This document shows positions 52,598 through 64,000 of a DNA stretch of 64,000 bases, piece after piece (positions within the stretch are counted from its first letter, which is position 1; every line of letters starts with the position of its first letter). The translations under genes and the position numbers were made by a program. Source of the stretch: Dimorphilus gyrociliatus (lineage: Eukaryota; Animalia; Annelida); the NCBI GenBank assembly GCA_904063045.1, contig CAJFCJ010000003.1, forward strand, positions 186,001 to 250,000, in the 5' to 3' direction. Below the pieces are notes generated by a model. That model made no database searches and was not told the DNA's origin. It worked only from the letters and a program-made list of their open reading frames with translations.

Positions 52598-55500
52598 AAG
52601 ATTTTTAGGTTTACATATTCATTTTCTTTTTAATACAGTAAAGAAAATACGTAGGATATATCTCTATATATAATAAATATAAAAATATATAAATTCATAA
52701 CATAAAGGATGATGAAATCAAAGTTTAAGCAAATATTTTCTCTTCTTTATGAGTAAAATGTCAAGTATATATAGAGGATAAGCTTCAAAGATTTAACATT
52801 CCTTTAATATAATCTTAACGAATGTTATGTAATCGTTCGTTTCATTTGATTTTTTTTCCTTTTTTTTTTGTTGTTTCGTCTTGTAGTCTAAAACTTAGGA
52901 ACAAGACGAGAAATCTCACGAAATCGCTATCAACTTGTATTAAAGACGATCGAATAGAATAGTTGAAAGAACGTTTAGTTTAGTCATTTGCACAAGTTTG
53001 CTGTTCTATATCTATATTTATATATGATTGTTACGTAATGGAATTGATGTATACAAATTCCTAAACGGTGTATTTTGCTTTATATTTTGTTCATGGAAAT
53101 GTTGAATTCTATTAGATATAGTTGGTAATAATTTCATATGAATTGTTATTGTTCTAATGATCATTGTAATTAGAATAGAAATATAGCAAATCTCATTATT
53201 TATCAAAATCAGTAAAATAGGTAGACAAAAGAAACGTGTTCATTAATTTTTTATGTTATTATAAGCATCTGTGGTTTAAAGTTTCCTAAATATTTAAAAT
53301 AGAGCATAGTAGAAATTATATGAACCATGTATTTTGGTAAATGCCAAATGTCAAGAGGTACTTTTCATTCGCCAAAAATCCCGAAACCATAATAATACAT
53401 AATCCTGCTAAAAGCCTGCAAAATTGCAGACTTTTCTCCGTGCAATATACAATATATATATATATATATATATATATACAGTATATATTAGTAAAACGTT
53501 CAGCATATAGTCCTAGATTGCGTGAGAGCATTGATATATACATCTACATATATATATATATATATATACTGTATATGTGTGCATTTATTCATACGCCTAT
53601 ACAATGTATTGCAGTATATACTTTTCATACATATGGTTTCCGTACAATACAAAATGGAAATATAATGTAAAAGGTTAATTGAATAGTTTTATTTAATTCT
53701 TTATCCTTTTGAAAAACTTTTATAGGTTATATAAAAATTAAAACTTAATAGAAAGAATAGAAATTTATTTATTTATTAACGTTTCAAGTTCAAGTGTTTT
53801 TATTTGTTTGTATTGTTTTTTCTTTGTATCATTTATACTGTAGTTTCTCACTAGACGACGGTGGGAACGCTAAAAGAATAACGTCAAACAGAGCTTCTAA
53901 AACTCCATCTGATTGAGTAATATTACGTAATATAACCGGAAATAAGAGACTTTTCAATCAGATTGCAATCGTGTACGCAATTGGCGGTCTTTTATGATTT
54001 TTCGTGAGGTTTTTGCATACTTTTAGATACTTTAAGCACGCGTAATCGAGTAGTAGTACGCATGCGCACTAGATTGCAACAATGTATACATTAGTAAATG
54101 TTCAACGCTAATCAACAATCGACCGCAACTACTGCAATACGTATTTGCGTCAGAATAATAACGAACAGAGCGAAAAGGGAGAGAGTTTTTTATGAATTAT
54201 TAAACGTTTTCTTCCAGTATTTCGCGCACATTATGCTAATTAGGATTACGCAAGTCTTAGAGTACAATACACTTTACTCTAAGCTTTCTTTAAATACTTT
54301 AAATACTCTAAAATCGGATTTTAGGCAGACTCTCTTTCGCATAGGAGTTAAACTTGTACTCCTCATGAATATGCAAATTGGGGAAAACATATAGAAAATC
54401 TACAAAGAAATTCTATGTCGGCGTCGCATTAATTTACACGTAATACGTACCTTGGGAACGGGATAGTGAGTTTAATAAAAAAGCGGTCTGTGGGGAAAGC
54501 GCTTACTAATTTACATTCCGGATCACCTATGTATTAAACCGAAAAAGCGTTACGTCAGAGCATTGCTATTAGACGCTATCAATTTAAAATTAGCCTAAGA
54601 GCGTCGGCGTCTTCTTCTGGCCTCCAGAGAGATACCGGCGTCACTAGGTATCCATCACCAGACGCTAGACACCCTGGATAACTTGACGTAATCGCTATAT
54701 GTGTGGCTTGATGAACGAGAAAACGACCCGAAGGCGTTTCTTTTGGAATAAACAGTAAAACTCGACGCCCTCTCCATAATCGAAACGTTTAACCGACAAA
54801 TTTTCACCTAATGGAACTCCGATTGACAATACTTTACGTTCGTCAATGTGACGTCTATTATCGATCTACAAACACCTCATTAGCCGTCATTAGACGCTTT
54901 TGTATTAGTCGATAGGGACTTTGAAATTTTGCAGTGTTCTTTGAAAAAATCAGAAATTTTTTGCGATAAATCTCAGATATATAAAACATTTTGAGAGAGA
55001 AGGGGAGAGAGAGAGAGAGAGAGAAATAGAATAAAAAGAGAGAAAGATTTGAGAAGAGAATAGATGCAATGGCATAAATGTAAATGTGTAATAAATGATA
55101 GTATAAAGTAATAGTACTGCATATATCTTTCAAATTTCTATACCTTTGTATATACTTAATATCCTATACAGTTATACAGAATATATATATATATATATGA
55201 ATCTAAGTAGAAGTATCAACCATTTTTTATGCTCCCGAACCCTAACCATTCACCTAACGATGAAAATAATAATAAAAATTTTTTATACGCTCTATAAATT
55301 ATACAGTAAGGGTAAATAAGCGATTTTTTTACTCTTTATTTCGATCTTCCTATATGCATATATATTATATACACAGTGTATGTAATATATATAATGTATA
55401 TTTGTATATGTATGTATAATCCATCTGTACCCTTTATACTCTCTTGCGCTCTCTCTCTGTCTCTCTCCTCTCTCATACACGCATATATGTATATATATAT

Positions 55501-56813
55501 ATTTATATTGTATGCTCTCTATATATATACACTTCTCACCTTTTAATTATATTCATAAGAGCTTTATTTAATATTTCAACTGAAATATTCATCATTCCTC
55601 GCGTGTCTCTTTATCTGTTTGATAATGTTTAATTCTTCGAAACGTATATCTACACTAATATACTTTATATATTTATACGCCTTTTAAGTCTAGTTTTTTT
55701 TCCTCCTGTTATACTTCCCATCTTCTTTCTTTCTCTTTATAACAATTCCTATCTCTTTTCGAAGCTATAAAACATCACTACTTCCTCTGTTCTCTTCCAG
55801 TTTTTTTTATTGCAATATTTGGGATATTTCACTTGGAACACACACTCTCTCTCTCTCTCTCTCTCTCTTTCTTTTACTCTAGAACATATGCCAAAAGACG
55901 GATAATAAAGCGAAAATATGTACTGTTGATAATAATATTCTATAATTCTGTTTACCAAGTCGCGATAATGACAGCTTAATTAATTTAAAGAAGGCGAAAA
56001 AATTAAATTAAAGATGACCCATGGGATAAAAAACTCTCATTTCGTAAAGGTGAAAAAAACAAAGCGGGAGAAAGTGAGAGAGAGAGAGGTAGGGAGGGAG
56101 AAAGGGAGAGAGAGAGAGAGACGTTATCCACGTAGTAAATTACGAGCGAATAATATGAGATGCTTCTACTTATCTATAGCCATTTATTTATGGCGTGATT
56201 GATGGTGTACATGTGTACTTGTAAAAATCTCTTAGTTATTCATACCAACAAGAACTATCAGTTTCTTTCTTAAGGTTTCAATAAAGGCGACTTCTATTGA
56301 TAGCTGTCTCAAGGAAATAGATTTTTTCAAAATTACAGTGCAGTATAGATCGAATTTCTATGCTCATTTCATGCTATTCAGGCATGATGACAGGATAGGA
56401 AAATACAATTTTTACACCCAATGTCTTCAGGATATGTAATTTTTAGTAAAGTAACGCCTATATCCAATAGCTCATTCCTAACTATTTTATTAATAGTTTC
56501 TTCGTTAAACGCCTAACACAAAAAGTAAAAAATAATCACTTTAATCAACCCAAATGAAGGCCTATTTCTTTTATCTCGTCCAGCGTACTAGTTTTTATCT
56601 TTTGGGAGTACTAATTAACAACAATTAGAGAGGGCACGGTTTTTATAGATTAACAGATGTCAAGGTAATCATACTTGAAAAGGAAGAAAAAAAAAGGAGG
56701 GAAAATATGTTGAAAAATTCAAATCTATTGAATAAAAAATAGGAACAAGAACTAGAACAATGGGAGAAGGTGAAGGAGAGCATGTAAGAAAGAAATGAGA
56801 AATTTAGTACCGA

Positions 56814-56814
<1 letters not shown>

Positions 56815-56851
<37 letters not shown>
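56815..56851. repeat. (AT)n microsatellite
   Basis: Directly visible. Confidence 0.95.
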
Positions 56852-56852
<1 letters not shown>

Positions 56853-59800
56853 GGTATACGTTTGAGTGCAGAAAGGGAAGAGAGGGAAATGGATTTTTGA
56901 CTTTTTACTGAAGCCTCCTTAAGCCTACTAATATTCTCATACATTATAGTTCTTTCATCCTTAATCAATTGCAATAATTTAATAAGAATAATTTTTATTG
57001 TTTTCCCTTTTTTTGCCTTGGATTGCTTCTATCGACTGCAAAATCGCGAATCGTTCATAATTGCAGTAATCTTGAGCTAATTGCTAATACTAGACCGTTG
57101 GATGAAAAACGCTCTAAATTACGAGGGAAAGAATGACGCTAGCAGACGCCGCTATCTATTCGTCACACGCCGTCTGACAGGTCTGGTGGGGAATGGCAGC
57201 AAAAAGAACATTATCAATCGAATCTGCCTACATCCTCCGCCTGATCACGTGATACTTTCCAGTAAAAGGGACGCTTGTGGGCGTTGAGTCAGAAAAAGTG
57301 GGTTAAACGGTTAATAATTGAACGGCTTCCATTCTAAGAGACGCCCGAAACGTCTTTTTAAGACGGTCAGTAATTTGTTTGGAGTCCGAAGAGAAATCTT
57401 TTTTTTTTGTTTATTTATCCTATCTGGAGCAGCCATTTTGAAAATCGTGCTTACTCGCTTACTCGGAGTCATTGGGCAGAGATTCTCAAAACAATCTCGG
57501 GTTAAACGTCTTCGGATAACTGCCTGGCAGGTGGGAATGGTTAGAAGGTCGAATAGATAAACGATGTATGAGAATTTATAGCCATTTAAGCAGTTTTTTA
57601 TTATTTTATTTCGATACGTTTCTTTTGTTTTTTCTTTTAATTGATGAACATTAAGAAGCGAGAGAGAGAGAGAGTGTGAGCGTAAAAGTTAAGGTGAGAG
57701 CACTGGGAGATGGAATAGGGTTTAGAGGTACGAATAAACAGATGTTACTAAATTTTCCGCGTAATAGTAATAATAATAATACAATTAATTTAAAAGGAAT
57801 TAGTAAGATGGATTTGCAAGAAGAAAGAAAGAAAGAAGAAAAAAAGAGCAAGTCCGTTCTCTATATATTTGGTATTTTAGTATGCTTTAGTGCATTTATT
57901 GTTCTATTATAGAGAGAATTATTATCATTAGTAATATACATTTTAACTTTTACCTTTATTCTTCGTCATTAAACCTAGCAACTTTTTTTCTTTGGCCTAT
58001 AATTTTGACGTAATCCCCTCCTTGTTCTCTCTCTCTACTCAATAATCATTTTTTTTTCTTTTCCAGTAGAATTTAATATAAATAAATATATAATATTTAA
58101 AAGATGAATATCGATGAGTCATGTCTCTATTTTCATATTTTTTAATGAAAAAACACATTTGATAAGAATAATTAATGAGATTAGAGTTACGAACGCAATA
58201 ACAAAAAAAAGTCCTTATTTTCCTTCAACGTATGAAAAATGTTTTTAATTGAAAATTGTAATTTTTGTTTTTTTAAAAAAAAAATAATATTGATATTAAT
58301 TTTTAATTAAATTATTGATTATGAATAAAAGAGAGAAATCATTTATATAGGTATTTTATTAAAAATAAACGCTATATCTATTTCTATATATTTAATAAAG
58401 AAGAAAGAGAGTTATCGTGTTAAATTGTTTTCGGAATTCTATTCTTTAAATATCTATTTATTAGAATATTAATAAAGCAAAGAAATGTATCGCTTCTTGT
58501 AATTTATCGAGTTTGTTTATCAGGCTAACTAGAAACGTGACGAATTCATTCATATTTTATATGAATAGAAGAAAAATTCATGAGATATCTATTATATAAT
58601 GTGTATGATATAGTTTTGAAATGTCATTAGCTTGCCTTTCTCTCTCTCTCTTTCTCTCTCTCTCTCCCCTCTTCCCTCACCGTTAACCCCCGTCCGCGTG
58701 CCCCTCCCCTTCCCTATCTCTCTCTTTCTCTCTATCAGTGTCGGCTGAAATGTATATACAATGCTCGCTATCGAATTATTCAATTGTTTTTTCGTTATCT
58801 TTATAGAACAAATGCTACGATTTTTAATAGCGTTTCCCTTTTGACTAGGCTATGTGATGATTGGGAATTACCCGCATCTGTCTAAATGCTAAGGAAGCAT
58901 GACCATAGCTCATGTTGTGTCAATTCACAATTTAAAACTGCCTTTTATTTCCTTATATAAAGTCGTTAAGGCGTAGTCGGATGACATTTAAGAGTCATAA
59001 AAAATAGCAACTAAATTTTTATCAACAGAGTTTGATCTCTGAAATTTAATTTGATCCTTCTATTCAAAATCTATTCTTTCTCTCAGCTTTATTTCTCCTT
59101 TTTCATCTTTCTCTCTTCTTCTTTCTATATTTATCAATTCTCGTTTTAATTTACGTTTAGGCGTTAAGAAAATCACATTCACCTTTAGCTAATATTTTTG
59201 AACGGATATCGACGCCTTTAAACCGGGCCGTCTATTAATATTTTTGTATAAACAGATAATATTTTTCTAAGAAATTCGAACTGCAAAAATAAAATAAACC
59301 CAAACCTATAAGGAGGGTTAAAATAACTATTACGTTATTTAATTATAGGCTGACAAAAAATAAATGATATACAAGGTGTTTTGTGTTTATTGTATGCGTA
59401 TTGTTGAAAAACTGATCAGAAGGGTAAGTGGATAATGTGTAGCGTCTTTTTTTTTTCTCTCTCTCTCTCTCTCTCGCTCTCTTTAGCGTTCATTCATGTT
59501 TGACTTTAAGCGTTTAACGTTCGATCGCCTACGAGTGTCGTATAAGCGTTGCGGGAAAAATCGAAAGAAAAGCCGTTTTAAAAGAAAGGGAAAACTCAAA
59601 AATTGCCTTCGGCACTCCCGTTTTACCTCCTTCCATAAATTTTTAACCAAAATAGCCTACGCATTCAAGGAGGCTCTTATTCTCGGCTTAACGCCGCCCC
59701 ACAATCGAATAAGGCCGAATTATGAAAAGGAAGCCATTTTTCAAAACGTGACATTTATACAGACGGGTAAAAATACCCGTTATGAAACTGTTATTCTACT

Positions 59801-60003
59801 CCGCCTTATCATTGAAAGATATCTTTCCTGCATTTTTTCACATACCTTTGAGCGACGAGGATAAAGCGATGGGCGCATAGATGAGCAAGATCACAAAATA
59901 TATCTTCATGTCTCTTTTATCCTTAACTTCCTGTTTCTCTCAATTTCTTAATTGGTAAGGGAGAAAAAAGAACAAAACGATAAAAAAGTACTTAGATGAT
60001 AAG

Positions 60004-60074
60004 AAGAATAAAATGAATAAAATGAATAAAAAGAATAAAAAGAATTAAAAGAATTAAAAGAAAGAAAGAAAGAA
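60004..60074. repeat. Short 10-bp tandem repeat (AAAATGAATA/AAAAAGAATA variants) grading into (AAAG)n
   Basis: aagaataaaatgaataaaatgaataaaaagaataaaaagaattaaaagaattaaaag. Confidence 0.8.
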
Positions 60075-60529
60075 ATCTGGAGAAGAAAAGAAGCTATTTG
60101 TACTAGATTTTTCTAGATTAGGTACGACAGATAGGATAGAAAGTTGTATGGTTTTTATTTTTAATAAATGCTAGCTTAAGAACCTATCATTTTGAATACT
60201 TACTCGTAAACTGCCAGATGTTGCTTTTTAACTATCCAGGGGTATTAGTCAATTTATGGTTAAGCATAAGCCTTGTAAATAATCCGTATATTTTGTTGTA
60301 GTAGTTTTAAGTATCAGTTTGCTTTCTTTCTCTCGTCTTTTCTTCCTTCCTTCCTTCGTTCTTCCTCAATTATTATTTATATATTCAAAAATCTTATTCA
60401 ATTTTGAAGTATTCAAACTTTTTTCTCTCTCTGTTTAGCAGGTAAAAAAAAAAGTTTCCGTTCGGATAAAATTTCAACCGTCCTGACCGGCTAGAGTGTG
60501 CTTTATGGCGAATGGACACGGATAGATAG

Positions 60530-60545
60530 CTGCTAGGGGGCGCTG
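60530..60545 (+). promoter_or_regulatory. CTCF-like motif
   Basis: CTGCTAGGGGGCGCTG is a near-consensus match inside a short GC/CpG-rich island. Confidence 0.55.
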
Positions 60546-63500
60546 CTTAGCCGACTCTTTTTCGATTGATTCGAACCGATTGGCAGAGGATTATAGCTAC
60601 ACTTTCTAGAGGAATTTTTGTTCTAAAAGAGAATTATTATTATTATATATATTTATATAAATATAATAGAAATAGAAGGAAATCTATAAATTCATAGATA
60701 ACTAAGGGAGAAGAAAGATTAACTACGCGTATTTATTTGCATTCAAGAATATTTGCGGTTTTCTTTCTCTCTTTCGCCGATATAAGGATTGACCAGCATA
60801 TTTCAATTTTGCATAATTAGACATTTACCTTTCTACTAATTTTAAATAAATAATACTAGAAAAATAAGGGTAAACCATAGAAATAATCTATTCATAGCTT
60901 ATATATACTTAATACTATACATATTCCCTATGCGGTATTTATTAACACTACAATTTATATCTAGTTCTTTTATTACGATTTCTAATTAAAAGTAAGAGAA
61001 AAAGAAATTACATAAAGAATTAAATAAATCTGGAAATGATTAATAATTAAGGCAAAAAAGTTTTTTTCCATTAGCATCCAACCCCTTAGCACGTGTCACA
61101 ATATTTGTTCAAAAGAGAAAGAATTCTTTTCAAAGGTCACGTGATCATTGACAAATATTCTAATGACCGCTGCCCTGCTGAGTTGATGCTCCCAATTTTA
61201 AGCCAACCGTTGACCCCCCCACTGTCCAAGTTAATTCACATGTTTATGTATAATTGTATAGGTAATAATATCTACTATTTAGGCCTAGAGCGAATCAATA
61301 ATTACATATATATTTATTTAGTTGGTAAATGTCTATGCAAGCAGAATGAAAAAGGTAAAAAAATAGATCGAATAGTATTGTTCATAATAATAATTTCAGG
61401 ATATTTCTATAGAAAAGTAGTTAATTTATGATATTGTAAGTCTTGGATATTTTATCTCGGTGTAACTATCGGTACTACTAAGCCTATTTACCTATCCGCT
61501 ATATTAGATATATAGAGAGTATACAATTTGTATCCAATAACTTTTAGAAGAGCTACGAGGTCTACTTTTTAAATTCCGTTCAAATCAAAGTATAGGTGAC
61601 CTTTCATTCGAGTTTGATTATACAGTACTATATTTATTTATAAATATATATTTTATATATACACTATATAAAGTATTCAATCAGTTTGATCCCAAAGATA
61701 AGATTAATCGCTTCGCAACAATTAAAAATACAAAGATAATTAATAAGTAGGAAAAAAAAACAGGTTATTTTTCAAATTAATCTTTATTAGAGTACGAAAA
61801 CTAAACAGGTTTTTTCTTGTTATTTTCAGTATAGTTAAATAGCTTCTAACCAAGTAAATATATTGTATAGATCAAGTAAAAAGCTAATAATTTCATTACA
61901 TACGCAATAATTACTCTATAATAACTAATCCGTAAACATTTTCATCAATTACGTAATCCAACAATTTCAATAATTAAGCAGAGAGTAACAAACGAATTTT
62001 AGTACATTTTTCATAAAATCATATTCATTATTCATTTGTAAAAGAAAAAACAAATTCTCCTCTCATTTGTTCCTACATTTCGTTTGATAAATAAAAAATG
62101 TATCCCTTGTTTTTTTATTAGAACCAAACATTCTAAAAAGAAATGTACCATTCAGGATTATAGAACGTTAATTGTTCTTTTGAGTTCAGTTACCTCTTTT
62201 ATTCAAGTAATATTAGTTTAATAAATACTAACAGTCTAAGCCTTATAAAAACAATAAGCTGTTTTCATTAAACTTTTCCACCTTTTTCTACTGGTTCTTG
62301 TCTTTTATTCATTGTAATCAGTAATAATTGATAAACATCCAATAATTCAAACGACTGGTATTCGTTCAATTCGTCTAACGTTCCGTCGAGTGTAAAAAGA
62401 GAGTATTGCTATGAGAATTGGAAGTTCGTAGTAAAGTTAGCTGAGAAAAACGGTATATATATATAATAGGGAATGATTGTTCGATTAAGGAATGTATGCA
62501 TTCGACTCGATGAAAAGATGAATAAAAGTTAATATGAACAAAAAAGCGGCATTTTCTTCTTTATCTTTTTTGTTTTAAGCTCCTTTTTCATAAATTAATT
62601 GACCGGAAAGAAGAGTTGAAACATGTGGTTATTTCTCTTTTAGGCTATCTTTCAAATGGAATTTTTATGAATATTCATTCATATTTTTACGGTGTAAGAC
62701 AAAAAGCTCGTAATAATTTATATAATAGGATAAAGACGACGTGTATATATTATAGATAAAAGGGTTGTGTTCATGTATACGATATATATATATACATATA
62801 TACAGTATATAGGTGCGTGCCTGGTATGCACAGTAGTACGTACATACAAATATATATATATATATATTTATGGGAACAAATTGTCCTCTAGTTTTTCAGC
62901 AACAATTCAGAATTGTCCAATCGATAGTGTTTTCACCCTCTGTTTATCCAAATAGCCTCACAATAGGATAGAGTATAGATAAACATGGATCACTGATACT
63001 AAAAATGGCACGAATTCATATGAATATTTGAATATTTTTACCCCAAACCTAGATAGACCCAATGTTTAGTTAATTCTTGTATATTGGAAAAAAAAAATGT
63101 CCTCTCTTCAACTCAAATAAAAATTTACTCATCTAGTTTACATTGTAATTAGTTATTTAGTTTGTTTTTCCGTTCAAATTACACGACTTGAACAGAATTC
63201 ATTTCTCTTCTTAGAATATTATTACAATTTTAAATACGCTTTTATTGAATAATGTTCAAGTTACAAATGTTTCTTTTCTATAATAAATTATGTGGGATGA
63301 TTTCTTTCATGTTTTGTCTTTCTCCTTCTTCCTCGCCGTCTTACTCGCTATACTTGAATGATACAGACAGAAGCGACATATTGTACATGTTTACTAGCGC
63401 ACCTACAGCTAAAATTGTTTATTATACAATTCTATACAGTCTAATGAAATAATATCACTTTACAAAAATTACTTTCTTTCTTCTCTTTCGTTGTATTCAT

Positions 63501-64000
63501 TAATAGAAATAAATAAATTGATAAGATTAATATGAATATTCATAAGCCTGTTATTTAGTATATCTAGCATAACTGAAGCTCATATTCTTGACGTGTTAAT
63601 GTAAATATTTTTTGTAATTAGGCCTTCAGCACCTAATCAATATGGATGTGTATGTTTACCTTCGCTATTCAGAGGCATCTGTAATAGACAATTCGTAAAT
63701 GAAAAATGGATCAATTGTGCGTGCTAAGTTGATCCTAGGTAATTTCGACATGTAAAGGAGAAAGCTTGGCAAGTAGCAAATCAAACAACTTGAATGGCAA
63801 TATGGAAAGAGAAGATGATAGGGATATCGTCAGTAGGTAAACAAAGGAGAGAATGAAGGAGTAGATAGATAGGAAGGGAGGGAGGGACAGAAGGAGAGAG
63901 GGGCGGGAGACTACGACAAAGTGAGTGAATAAATAAGTGGGCAAGAGAAGAAGGAATGAAAGAGAGGATTGAATGAGGAAGGAAGTAAGCATGCAGAGAA

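Noticed and set aside
465-63992. Most ORF-track entries (poly-SL, poly-RE, poly-YI, poly-E, F/L/S-rich peptides), including several that look like signal or TM peptides
   Set aside because: They are translations of (CT)n, (GA)n, (TA)n and purine/pyrimidine tracts, with no domain motifs or consistent splice structure.
1-64000. tRNA, rRNA, snRNA, CRISPR arrays, telomeric arrays, transposase or reverse transcriptase ORFs
   Set aside because: No tRNA cloverleaf or T-loop context, no regularly spaced repeat-spacer array, only isolated TTAGGG words, and no DDE or RT motifs were seen by eye.

Overview
AT-rich (roughly 28-30% GC by eye), microsatellite-dense animal genomic DNA with spliceosomal introns. 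The gene families fit a bilaterian invertebrate, probably a lophotrochozoan (inference). Four genes could be rebuilt by hand with GT-AG introns and consistent phases: (1) a 2-exon histamine H1-like GPCR on + (8342/8474-17617); (2) a 7-exon secreted 444-aa protein with a PAN/apple domain and about 7 EAR/EPTP-like beta-propeller repeats on - (24135-22280); (3) a 5-exon 551-aa carboxylesterase-fold protein on - (27561-25445) that lacks the catalytic Ser and His, the oxyanion-hole glycines, a signal peptide and a TM helix; (4) four exons of a Dpr/ZIG-8-like two-Ig, probably GPI-anchored adhesion protein on - (50159-33369), whose signal-peptide exon was not found. Most other ORF-track entries are translated microsatellites or chance ORFs. 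No tRNA, rRNA, CRISPR array or transposase was recognised. The main observations are the intact but catalytically dead leaderless esterase, the PAN+EAR architecture, about 45 TACAGTA/TACTGTA motifs matching Tc1/Sleeping Beauty-type excision footprints, CTCF-like sites between the compact genes and the large Dpr-like locus, and frequent GTT splice donors. All motif counts were made by eye and are minimums.
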